The notes under the pieces: model-generated
Told to the model about the DNA's origin: nothing
What the model saw: the letters and a program-made list of their open reading frames with translations, nothing else
The model's database searches: none
Made by a program: the position numbers and the translations under genes
Source: an uncultured Actinomycetota bacterium
GTDB taxonomy: Bacteria; Actinomycetota; Actinomycetes; JAFAQI01; DASSKL01
Assembly (NCBI GenBank): GCA_963728075.1
Contig: CAVSIP010000005.1
Location: 202,151 to 266,150, forward strand
Direction of reading: 5' to 3'
DNA: 64,000 nt
In this document: one piece after another, positions 11,991-20,499 of the stretch
Layout: the number at the start of each line of letters is the position of its first letter
How positions within the stretch are numbered: the stretch's first letter is position 1

Positions 11991-13478
11991 ATGAGCGACA
12001 TCGCGGGAGAGCTCGCCCGCGTACGCACCGCGTTCGATACACCCACCCTCACGCTGCTGCACCGGCGGCGCGCGCCCGTCGTCACCGCGATCTTCCGCAG
12101 CGCGTTCACCCGCGACCAGCCGACGGTGCCGGCCGCGCGACTGCACGAGCAGGTCGACACGTACCTCGACCAACTCCGCCTCGAAGGCCACCCGGAGCTG
12201 CCGACCGGCAGTGGCCGCGACCTTTGCCTGCGGTGGATGCGCGACCAGTGGCTGGTCCGCAGTATTGAAGACGACGGCGCCGAGGTGTACGCGCTCACCT
12301 CACACGCTCAGGATGCGCTGAGCCTTGTCACGAACCTCACCCGGGAGCGAGTCAGCCTCTCCGAGCATCGGATCGCGACGATCGTCAGCTACGTCCGCCG
12401 GTTCAACGCCGAGGCGAACCCCGACCGCGCCGAACGCGTCCGCATCCTCGATGCTGAGATCGCTCGGCTGGCCGCCGAACGCGGTCGGCTGCTCGATGGT
12501 GAACCGCTCGATGAGGTCTCCCCGGACTACATGCTCGAAGGCTTCGGCGAGCTGCTGCAGTTGATCGCTGCGCTGCCCGGCGACTTCGCTCGGGTCGAGG
12601 AGGCGTTCGTCGCGCTGCGCGGGCACATACTTGCGTCGTTCCAGGCTGAGGGCCTCCACGCCGGAGACGTCATCGACGAGTACCTGCACCGGGCCGACAC
12701 GCTGATGACCGCGACGCCGGAAGGGCGCGCGTTCGAGGGCGCGTTCGCGCTGCTGCGTGATGACGAGCTGCTACTGCAGTTGAAGGAAGACCTCACCGCG
12801 CTGCTTCTGCACCCGCAGGCCGAGGACATCCTCAACGACGGTGACCGCCGCGACCTGCGCGGCACGGTCGCATTGATCAATCGCGGTATCCATAGCGTGC
12901 TCGCGCAGCGTAACCGGGTCACCGCGACGCTGCGGGACTACATCGTCACCCACGACGTCGCTCGCGACCGCGAGCTCGACGCCACCCTGCGCCGTATCGA
13001 CGCTGAACTCGGTGTCTGGATGCGCACCGCCGGACCGCGGCGCACGGTGCCGCTCGACCTGCTGCCGCGCGACGTCGACGTCACGCACCTGCGTGAGCGG
13101 TTCTATGCGCCCGACGACGACGCCACGCCGCCACCGCTGGCGGACGTCAGCGACCACCGGCCCGACGACATCTCGCTCGCCGACCTGCTCGCCTGGGGCG
13201 GCCCGCAGCTCGACGCGCTGCGCAGCGCTCTCGCGGCGCTCGACGAGCCCGGCGCCGTCGCGACCCTCGGGGAGCTATTCGCGACACTCGACCCGACGCT
13301 ACGGCGGCCGGTCGAGATCTTCGGCCTGATGCAGCTGGCGCACAACTCGACGTCGCTGACACCCGCTGGTGGCGTCGAGTCGTACCCGGCCGTACGGCCG
13401 GACGGGACGACCAGGCGGCTGACTGCACCCAGGGTCGTCGCGACCGGCGCCGCCGGCGACGAGGAAACGGCCGGTTAG
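11991..13478 (+). CDS. jetA: Wadjet JetA (DUF3375, MksF-like kleisin)
   Basis: The N-terminal pattern LLHRRRAPVVTAIFRSAFTRDQPTVPAARLHEQVDTYLDQLRLEG...LRWMRDQWLVR resembles DUF3375 proteins. It is first in a 4-gene overlapping operon with DUF4194, an SMC-like ATPase and DUF2220. ATG 11991 follows GGGAGGG. Confidence 0.82.
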   Translation: MSDIAGELARVRTAFDTPTLTLLHRRRAPVVTAIFRSAFTRDQPTVPAARLHEQVDTYLDQLRLEGHPELPTGSGRDLCLRWMRDQWLVRSIEDDGAEVYALTSHAQDALSLVTNLTRERVSLSEHRIATIVSYVRRFNAEANPDRAERVRILDAEIARLAAERGRLLDGEPLDEVSPDYMLEGFGELLQLIAALPGDFARVEEAFVALRGHILASFQAEGLHAGDVIDEYLHRADTLMTATPEGRAFEGAFALLRDDELLLQLKEDLTALLLHPQAEDILNDGDRRDLRGTVALINRGIHSVLAQRNRVTATLRDYIVTHDVARDRELDATLRRIDAELGVWMRTAGPRRTVPLDLLPRDVDVTHLRERFYAPDDDATPPPLADVSDHRPDDISLADLLAWGGPQLDALRSALAALDEPGAVATLGELFATLDPTLRRPVEIFGLMQLAHNSTSLTPAGGVESYPAVRPDGTTRRLTAPRVVATGAAGDEETAG

Positions 13479-13504
13479 CAGTGAGGTACGAAGGAGCGGA
13501 AGCG

Positions 13505-14263
13505 ATGACTCAGGCTGCCGTCGAGTGGGATGAACACGGGGCACCGTCGAGGGCGGACTCCGAGTTCGGGTTCGACGATCCGGACCGCGAGCTGAGTTCG
13601 AGCGTCGCCTTGTTCGAAGGGGACGAGGGCGGCCTGGAGGTGGCGCAGCGTCGCGCGCTGGTCGCGATCGTCAAGCACCGGTTCATCACCGCGGACAGCC
13701 ATCCGAGGGAGTGGCAGGCGCTGCTCGCGAACCCGCGGCTGATCCGCTCGCGGCTCAACGATCTGTTCCTCGACCTGCACGTCGACAGGCAGCGTCAGGT
13801 CGCGTTCAAGCGACAGGCGACCCCGGAGGGCGGCGGCCGGTTCCCCACCCTGCTGCACGACACCGCATGGACCCGCGAGGAGACGATCCTGCTGGTGTAC
13901 CTGCGGGGCCGCAGCCGCGCCGACGAGGCCGCCGGCGCCCCCAAGACGTTCGTCGACCGCATCGACATGCTCGAGCACATCGCGAGCCTGCGACCGCCGC
14001 ACGCGACCGACCAGTCCGGCGATGCCCGCCGCGCGGTGAAGGCAGTGGAGAGCCTGCTGCGCGCCGGCCTGCTGATCGGTGCGAGCACCGCCGACCGGTT
14101 CGAGGTCAGCCGCGCCGTCGACGTCGTGCTGCCGCTGGAGCGGTTGACGGCGCTACTCGACTGGCTGACGAACGAGAACGCCAGCGGCGACGCTGGTGAC
14201 AAGACCGGCGCGGCGGACGACACCGTCGACGAGTTCGCCTTCGACGGTACGGAAAGCTCATGA
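13505..14263 (+). CDS. jetB: Wadjet JetB (DUF4194, MksE-like)
   Basis: LFEGDEGGLEVAQRRALVAIVKHRFITADSHPREWQALLANPRLIRSRLNDLFLDLHVD is typical of DUF4194. ATG 13505 follows GAAGGAG; the stop overlaps the jetC start (ATGA). Confidence 0.82.
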   Translation: MTQAAVEWDEHGAPSRADSEFGFDDPDRELSSSVALFEGDEGGLEVAQRRALVAIVKHRFITADSHPREWQALLANPRLIRSRLNDLFLDLHVDRQRQVAFKRQATPEGGGRFPTLLHDTAWTREETILLVYLRGRSRADEAAGAPKTFVDRIDMLEHIASLRPPHATDQSGDARRAVKAVESLLRAGLLIGASTADRFEVSRAVDVVLPLERLTALLDWLTNENASGDAGDKTGAADDTVDEFAFDGTESS

Positions 14264-17200
14264 CCGCCACCGACGACCGGGACACGCTCGACCTCGGCAA
14301 CCCCCCGGAGACGCCCGCCTCTACTTCGGCGGCCGTGGACGCGCCGCTGTTCTACGTCGGGGGCGCGACCGAGGGCACCACGCAGTGGAAGGCTGAGAAG
14401 TTCCAGCTGGTCAACTGGGGTGGCTTCGAAGGCCGGGTGGAGTTCAACTTCGATCCGGGTGCCACCCTCATCTCCGGCGCGTCGGGCACTGGGAAGAGCA
14501 CGCTGCTCGACGCGTACATCGCGCTGATGATGCCGTCGGACACGCCGTTCAACGGCGCGTCGAACGATGCGGTCGGTGGCCGGGCCCGAGGTGCCGAGCA
14601 GCGGAACCTGCTCAGCTACCTACGTGGGCAGATCGACACCACTGCCGACGACGCCGGCCGTAGCCGCCCGAAGGTGCTCCGTGGTGACGGCCGCGCGACG
14701 TGGGGTGCGGTCGGGATGACGTTCATCGACGACCGCAGCCGCCGGTTCACCGCACTTCGCTTGTACTTCGTGCCCAAGACGGCGACCCGCGCCGGTGACA
14801 TCACGATGCGGATGGCAACCTTCGACGGGTTCCTCGACCTCGCCGATCTCGAGCCGGCCAGCTCGCAGCTGTTCGCGCCCAAGCAGCTGAAGGCGATGTT
14901 CCCGGGACTGCTCACCCACGACACGTACGCGGCGTTCGCGGCGCGCCTGCACACGAAGCTCGGCATCGGTGCCAACGGCGACGGCTCGAAGGCGCTCCGG
15001 CTGCTGGTCCGGATCCAGTCCGGTCACCAGATCCGCACCGTCGACGAGCTGTACAAGGAGATGGTCCTCGAGCGGCCGCCGACGTACGACGCAGCGGACC
15101 GCGCGCTGGGCCACTTCGATGCCCTCGAGGACGCCTACCAAGCGATGCACATCGAGCAGCAGAAGGCCGACCTGCTCGCGCCGATCACCGATCGCCACGA
15201 CGAGCTCGTCGCCGCCCGAGAGCTAATCGGCCGTATCGACACCTATGGGCTGACCCGCGACGGCGACACCCCGATCTCGCTGTGGGCGCTGCGAACTGAG
15301 GCTCGGTTGCTGGACAACGCGGTCGAGGCCAACGCGGAAGCGCGTCGTGACAATCGCGACAGGTTCACCCGCGCGAAGGCCGATGAGGACGAGCTGTCCC
15401 GGCAGCTCGACGCCTACCGCATCGAGCACCGTGAAGCCGGTGGCGCGCAGCTGGAAAGCCTCGCTGCGGACATCGAGTCGGAGAAGGTCCGTCGGGCAGA
15501 CCGGCTGGAGCGCCGCGATGCGCTGGCTGCCAAGACGATGGTGCTTGCCTCACCGCTCGCTACCCGCCACGACTTCGACGCGCTGGTCACCGCAGCCGAC
15601 GACTTCCTCGGCGCCTACGACGAGACCGACGCGCAGCTGCTCACCCGCCGCGACCAGCTTCACCAGGAGCAGTTCCCGCTCCTGCAGCGACGCACCGAGC
15701 TGCGTGAGGAGCGGGAGTCGTTCACCGGCCGTTCCGGTCGGGTGCCGAAGTACCTCGACGACCTGCGCCGACAAGTCTGCGACGCCGTCGGCATGACCGC
15801 CGACGAGCTGCCGTTCCTCGCCGAGCTCATCGACGTCAAGCCCGAGCAGGCGCGGTGGCGCAACGCGATCGAGGTGGTGCTCGCAGCGAGCGCACGGCTG
15901 CTCCTCGTACCGGAGGGCAAGCTGCGTGAGTTCTCCGCACTGATCGACCCGCTGCAGCTTCGCGGGCGCATCTCGTTCGAAGGCGTGCCGCTCAACGTGC
16001 CGGCCGACAGTCGCGAGGCGGATAGCGCGCGGATCGCCGGCAAGGTCGAGTTCAAGGACTCGCCGTTCACCGGGTGGGTGCGAGCACTCGTCGCCGACGC
16101 CGCACACAACGCGCTGTGCGTCGAGACAGCGGCCGACCTCGACGGGCCAGGACTGCGGGTGACGCTCGCCGGGCAGACCCGGCGCGGGACGCGGGGCAGC
16201 CACGGTCGCGCCGAGACCACGAACATCATCGGCTTCTCCAACACCGACACGATCGCGGACATCGACGCTGAGCTCGAGCGGCTGGAAGAGCAGCTGAGCG
16301 AACTGGACCGGCGCCGACGGGCAGTCGACGAGGAGCGCGGCGACCGGGACCGGCGGCGGCGTGCCTACGAGGCGGTGCTGAGCACCCGCTGGGACGACGT
16401 TGACGTCGGCAGCTCCGACACGCGCATGCGCGAGCTGGAGGACGCGCGCAAGCACATCCTCACCGCGGATGACCGGCTGCGGGCTCTCGCCGCACACATC
16501 GAGACGCTCGCCGAGCACCTGGAAGCTGCGCAGGAGAAGCGGTTCGCGCTGCAGCGCGACACGACGAAGCTCAACGACGAGCACTCCCGGCTGTGCGAGC
16601 GGCAGGACGAGGTGGCCGGCGAGCTCGACCGCGTCCACGACGAGCAGCGCGTGCAGCTCGACGATGGTCAGGGCGCGCACCTCGACGCCGAGTTCGTCGC
16701 AGCGGTCGCCCCGGGCGACCCAGGGAACCTGGACGGATTCGGGGAGAACCTGGCCCGGCTGCGTCAGCGGCTGGTCGGCAAGGTGGACACGGCGCGCAGC
16801 GACGCGGCAAAGGCAGAGCAGGCACTCGAGACCATCTTCAGTGCCTACCTCCTGCAGTGGCCCGACCCGAACCTCGGCCGAAACTCGGAGTCGTACCCGG
16901 ACTACGCGGCGATCCTCGAGCGCATCCTGAGCACCGGGCTGCACGAGCGTCGTAACGAGTGGCGTGCCCGGCTGGTCGCATGGAGCGGCGAGGACCTGGT
17001 GCCGCTCGCCGGCGCGCTGCAGGACGCGGTCGATGAGATCGAGGAGCGTCTCGAGCCGATCAACGAGATCCTCTCGACGTTGCCGTTCGGTGCGACCCAG
17101 GACCGGCTGCGGATCCGGATGAGGCGGCTCTCCCCGGCGAACGTCGCGCAGTTCCGCGGCGACCTGCGCCAGCTGTCCAGCACCGCCACGAAGCAGCTGA

Positions 17201-17715
17201 CCGACGACCAGCTTGAGCAGCGGTTCCGTGCCCTGCAGCAGTTCATGGGCCGGATCCGGCGCCGTGACGATCCGCGTGCCAACCCCGGGGTGATTGACCG
17301 CGACAGCCTGCTCGACGTGCGCCGGCACGTGGAGATCACCGCGGAGCGGTACAGCCCGGCCGGTGAGTTGCTGTCGACGCACTCCTCGCTCGGTGGGAAG
17401 AGCGGGGGTGAGAGCCAGGAGCTCATCGCGTTCATCGTCGGTGCCGCGCTGCGGTTCCGGCTCGGTGACGAGCTGCGCGCCCGGCCGCGCTACGCACCCA
17501 TGTTCCTTGACGAGGGGTTCGTGAAGTCTGACGCGGAGTTCACCGGCCGCGCCGTGCAGGCGTGGAAGGCGCTTGGGTTCCAGCTCATCGTCGGTGCCCC
17601 GCTGGACAAGGTCGCGGCGCTCGAGCCGCACATGGACGAGATGCTCGCCATCACGAAGAACACGACGACGAACTACTCGTTCGTCTCCCGGATCGCGGAC
17701 GCGCCGCAGCAGTGA
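14260..17715 (+). CDS. jetC: Wadjet JetC (SMC/MukB-like ATPase)
   Basis: 1151 aa. Walker A ISGASGTGKSTLLDA, a long E/R/L/A-rich coiled-coil middle, signature-like GGKSGGESQEL and Walker B PMFLDEGFVKSD. Confidence 0.9.
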   Translation: MTATDDRDTLDLGNPPETPASTSAAVDAPLFYVGGATEGTTQWKAEKFQLVNWGGFEGRVEFNFDPGATLISGASGTGKSTLLDAYIALMMPSDTPFNGASNDAVGGRARGAEQRNLLSYLRGQIDTTADDAGRSRPKVLRGDGRATWGAVGMTFIDDRSRRFTALRLYFVPKTATRAGDITMRMATFDGFLDLADLEPASSQLFAPKQLKAMFPGLLTHDTYAAFAARLHTKLGIGANGDGSKALRLLVRIQSGHQIRTVDELYKEMVLERPPTYDAADRALGHFDALEDAYQAMHIEQQKADLLAPITDRHDELVAARELIGRIDTYGLTRDGDTPISLWALRTEARLLDNAVEANAEARRDNRDRFTRAKADEDELSRQLDAYRIEHREAGGAQLESLAADIESEKVRRADRLERRDALAAKTMVLASPLATRHDFDALVTAADDFLGAYDETDAQLLTRRDQLHQEQFPLLQRRTELREERESFTGRSGRVPKYLDDLRRQVCDAVGMTADELPFLAELIDVKPEQARWRNAIEVVLAASARLLLVPEGKLREFSALIDPLQLRGRISFEGVPLNVPADSREADSARIAGKVEFKDSPFTGWVRALVADAAHNALCVETAADLDGPGLRVTLAGQTRRGTRGSHGRAETTNIIGFSNTDTIADIDAELERLEEQLSELDRRRRAVDEERGDRDRRRRAYEAVLSTRWDDVDVGSSDTRMRELEDARKHILTADDRLRALAAHIETLAEHLEAAQEKRFALQRDTTKLNDEHSRLCERQDEVAGELDRVHDEQRVQLDDGQGAHLDAEFVAAVAPGDPGNLDGFGENLARLRQRLVGKVDTARSDAAKAEQALETIFSAYLLQWPDPNLGRNSESYPDYAAILERILSTGLHERRNEWRARLVAWSGEDLVPLAGALQDAVDEIEERLEPINEILSTLPFGATQDRLRIRMRRLSPANVAQFRGDLRQLSSTATKQLTDDQLEQRFRALQQFMGRIRRRDDPRANPGVIDRDSLLDVRRHVEITAERYSPAGELLSTHSSLGGKSGGESQELIAFIVGAALRFRLGDELRARPRYAPMFLDEGFVKSDAEFTGRAVQAWKALGFQLIVGAPLDKVAALEPHMDEMLAITKNTTTNYSFVSRIADAPQQ

Positions 17716-18893
17716 AGACCGTCGCCGAAATTCGCGCCGATGTGGCCCGCCGACTCGCCCGCACCTGGGCGGCGGCGTTGACCGCACCACCGGGGGCACC
17801 TGTCGACGGATGGCCGCATGCCTTCGCGCTCGGGCAGCCGACCAGCGCGGAACTGGCCGGCGGGTTCACCAACTTCGTGCGCAACGTCGGTGAGCTGCGT
17901 GCGTGGGCAGACTCCCATCGGCTCGACGTGACGATCCGGGCCCGGCGGGTACACGGGACGGACCAGGAGCTGCCAACGCACGTCACGGTGCCCGACGTCG
18001 ACACGGCCGCCGGGCTCGCCGGCGGTGACTGGCCGGAGCGCCTCGCCCGCGGCCGCCGGCGCGCTGCCGTGCTCGTTGCGGAGTTCCCGGAGCTGCCCGA
18101 CCGCGCTCGGACGCTGGTGGTCGTCGACGGGCTGTCCGACGTCGACTTCGACCTCGCCTGCCGTGCCGGCCACTGGTTCGCCACCAACGACGCGACCGGC
18201 CTGACACCGCGGCAGGTGCCGGTCGAAGGCCTGCACGCGAAGTGGCTGAACACCCGGCACGCGCTCGTCCGCGACCTCGCCGGCGTCGACGACCTGAAGC
18301 TCGCACCGCCGCACCCGTCGCGCCTGCACTTCACCTACCTCGACCCGGAGCACCGCCGAGCCGGGCGCCGCCTGCACGACTCCGCGACCGTCGGTGACGC
18401 GCCCGCGCTCGCATACCGGCCGACCATCGTGGTGGTCAGCGAGAACAAGGACACCGCGCTGCACTTCCCAGAGCTGCCCGGCGGCATCTCCGTCGAGGGC
18501 GTTGGCAAGGGTGGTACAACAGCGGCCGCGTTCGAGTGGCTGGTGAACGCGCCGCTGGTTGTGTACTGGGGCGACATGGACGCCGACGGCCTGGAGATCC
18601 TCGACGGGTTCCGCGCGGCCGGTGTGCCCGCCCGGTCGATCCTGATGGACGTAGACGCGTACGCCAGGTGGGAGCGGTTTGGGACCAACATCGACCCCAA
18701 GGGTCGCCCGCTCGGTAGCCGCGACCCTCGGCCGCTCCCGCACCTCAACGTCGGCGAACTGGCGCTGTACGAGCAGCTGGTGGCGCCGGGCTGGACTCGT
18801 CCACGCCGAATCGAGCAGGAGCGGATCCCGCTGCCTGTCGCGCTCGACCAGGTGCAAAGGCTCGCCTCGGACGCCCAGGCCGTCGGACTGTAG
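17712..18893 (+). CDS. jetD: Wadjet JetD (DUF3322 + DUF2220 Toprim nuclease)
   Basis: GTG 17712 overlaps the jetC TGA. The C-terminal Toprim-like part has VVVSENKDTAL (Glu) and VVYWGDMDADGLEILDGFR (DxD). Confidence 0.85.
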   Translation: MKTVAEIRADVARRLARTWAAALTAPPGAPVDGWPHAFALGQPTSAELAGGFTNFVRNVGELRAWADSHRLDVTIRARRVHGTDQELPTHVTVPDVDTAAGLAGGDWPERLARGRRRAAVLVAEFPELPDRARTLVVVDGLSDVDFDLACRAGHWFATNDATGLTPRQVPVEGLHAKWLNTRHALVRDLAGVDDLKLAPPHPSRLHFTYLDPEHRRAGRRLHDSATVGDAPALAYRPTIVVVSENKDTALHFPELPGGISVEGVGKGGTTAAAFEWLVNAPLVVYWGDMDADGLEILDGFRAAGVPARSILMDVDAYARWERFGTNIDPKGRPLGSRDPRPLPHLNVGELALYEQLVAPGWTRPRRIEQERIPLPVALDQVQRLASDAQAVGL

Positions 18894-18908
18894 GGCTCGC
18901 CCGCCGAC

Positions 18909-18947
18909 GGTACGTACTTGACGTACGTGACGTACCTGGCCCACACT
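18909..18947 (+). promoter_or_regulatory. putative TA promoter with three phased ACGTAC repeats (operator candidate)
   Basis: ACGTAC occurs at 18912, 18921 and 18930, an exact 9-nt phase. TTGACG lies at 18918-18923 and CACACT 18 nt downstream at 18942-18947, just upstream of the antitoxin RBS GGGGGAGG. Confidence 0.35.
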
Positions 18948-18963
18948 GGCGGGGGAGGTACCG

Positions 18964-19380
18964 GTGGACGTTCTGATGTTCGACAGCTACAGCGACGCTC
19001 GGGCTCATTTCAAGGATCTGCTAGACGCCGCTGAGCGCGGCCGACCGGCGGTGGTACGCCGTGACGATGCGCGGGCGGCGGTGGTGAACGCGGACCGGCT
19101 GCGCTACTTCCTGGCCCGGCTGGTCCCGGCCCGCGCCGAGGCGGTGGCGGAGGGCGGCGGTTGGTCGGTGTTCATCCCGGGAGTGCCGATTGCTGCGGAC
19201 GGGGCGAGCTTCGACGAGGCGCTGGACGAGATGGTGGACGCGCTGCGCGAGTACGCCGCGGACTGGCAGGACCACCTGCTCGACGCACCGAACCACCGCA
19301 ACAACTGGGGGCTGGTGCAGCTGATCAGTCTCAGCGACGACGACCAGCTCAAGGCGTGGCTGGCCGGCAGCGAAGGTTGA
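18964..19380 (+). CDS. type II antitoxin: Phd/YefM-like N-terminus fused to a HicB-like domain
   Basis: The N-terminus SYSDARAHFKDLLDAAERGRPAVVRRDDARAAVV is Phd/YefM-like. The C-terminus GGWSVFIPGVPIAADGASFDEALDEMVDALREYAADW is HicB-like. The stop overlaps the next ORF start (TTGA). Confidence 0.65.
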   Translation: MDVLMFDSYSDARAHFKDLLDAAERGRPAVVRRDDARAAVVNADRLRYFLARLVPARAEAVAEGGGWSVFIPGVPIAADGASFDEALDEMVDALREYAADWQDHLLDAPNHRNNWGLVQLISLSDDDQLKAWLAGSEG

Positions 19381-19808
19381 GCCGGGACTGGCCGGAGCCC
19401 ACCCGCGCCGACCACGACCGCTTCTGCCAGCGGGAAGGCTGGCGCAAAGTTCGGGACGCGCGCGGTCGCACCGGCACCCATCACGTCACCTACGAGCTCG
19501 ACCTCCCCGACGGCCGCATCCTGCGCACACGGGTGTCGCACCCTCCGGACCGGACCGGCTACGGGCCGAGCATCTGGGCCCACATCCTGCGCGACCAGCT
19601 CGAAGTGACCGCAGAGCAGTTCTGGGCGTGCGTCCGCGACGGCACGCCGCCCGACCGCGGGATGCCGGCCGTCCCTCCGGAGGCGTTGCCTGCCGAAATG
19701 GTCCACCTGCTGCTGACCCGCGTCGGCCTGACCGAGGCAGAGGTCGCGGCCATGACGAAGGCCGAAGCCGTACAACGGCTCAACGACTACTGGAGCACCG
19801 GGCGATAG
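19377..19808 (+). CDS. HicA/YcfA-like toxin with about 65-aa C-terminal extension
   Basis: DHDRFCQREGWRKVRDARGRTGTHHVTYELDLPDGRILRTRVSHP matches the HicA pattern (G-W..V......G-[ST]-H-H.....g....t..sH). TTG start is coupled to the antitoxin stop. Confidence 0.55.
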   Translation: MSRDWPEPTRADHDRFCQREGWRKVRDARGRTGTHHVTYELDLPDGRILRTRVSHPPDRTGYGPSIWAHILRDQLEVTAEQFWACVRDGTPPDRGMPAVPPEALPAEMVHLLLTRVGLTEAEVAAMTKAEAVQRLNDYWSTGR

Positions 19809-19871
19809 GTGCCGGCGTGCGAAGCCGAGCCGGAGGTCTGCGCCAGACAGCAGCGCCGGACGCCGCCGTCC

Positions 19872-20190
19872 TTACTGGTTGCTCTCCTGCCCCCTGGCAC
19901 GCATCTGGGCCATGTACGCCTCGAGCTTGCCGCGGCCTTCGTCGAACCGTTCGCGCATGAGGTGGGTGTAGACGCGGGCGGTCATGGTGGGGTCCTTGTG
20001 GCCGAGCCGTTGCTGGACCTCGAACAGGGTGAGTCCGGCGTCGAACATCAGCGAGGCCGCGGTGTGCCGCAGGGTGAGCCAGGTGACGCGCCGTCCGGCC
20101 AGCCCGGGCCGTGGGAGGGCGTGGCGCATCTCGCGGGTGCGGTGAACGTGGTCGGGTTGATCTGGTTGACGACCAGCCGGCCGAACGTTG
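19872..20190 (-). pseudogene. tyrosine recombinase/integrase remnant (C-terminal catalytic part only)
   Basis: The 85-aa ORF 19872..20129 contains WLTLRHTAASLMFDAGL...LGHKDPTMTARVYTHL (box II R-H...H...Y). The N-terminal two thirds is absent and upstream frames are broken. Confidence 0.7.
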
Positions 20191-20400
20191 CCTCCCGGCG
20201 GAGCAGGTCGACCCCACCGCCCACCGGCGCGAGCAGCACGAGGGCGGGGTTGTGATGGACCGCGCCCGGCGCGGCCAGGGCGGTGCCGACCCGGTCATGG
20301 AAGACGAGTCGGTGATCAGGCCGATCAGCCGCAGCAGCGCCCAGGCCACGCAGGCACTGATCGCGCCGACCGGAAGTGCGAGCGCGGTGATGGCCGCCAT
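20191..20400 (-). pseudogene. truncated, frameshifted ClC-type channel N-terminal fragment (tentative)
   Basis: MAAITALALPVGAISACVAWALLRLIGLITD continues in another frame as LVFHDRVGTALAAPGAVHHNPALVLLAPVGGG. That implies a 1-nt indel near 20305, after which the fragment ends. Resemblance to ClC N-termini is by eye only. Confidence 0.35.
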
Positions 20401-20499
20401 CCGCGTCGTGGCGGTGAAGTCCCCCGGGGTTTGGCGGGGCGGCGGCGTCGGTGCGGTAGGCAGGGGCCAGCCGTCCCGCGCCCGACCCGGACGGCTCGT

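Larger units (their letters stand above)
11671..20400. mobile_element. tRNA-Arg-associated genomic (defence) island with decayed integrase; boundaries approximate
   Basis: It starts right after the tRNA 3' end. It carries Wadjet and a TA pair, and ends at an integrase C-terminal fragment and a truncated, frameshifted ClC fragment. I found no clean att direct repeat. Confidence 0.45.

Noticed and set aside
15550-17799. 749-aa minus-strand ORF inside jetC, and the similar 7511..9862 (+), 27187..29148 (+), 56615..58483 (-) and 17673..18944 (-)
   Set aside because: Each is the shadow frame of a gene with strong motif support on the opposite strand.
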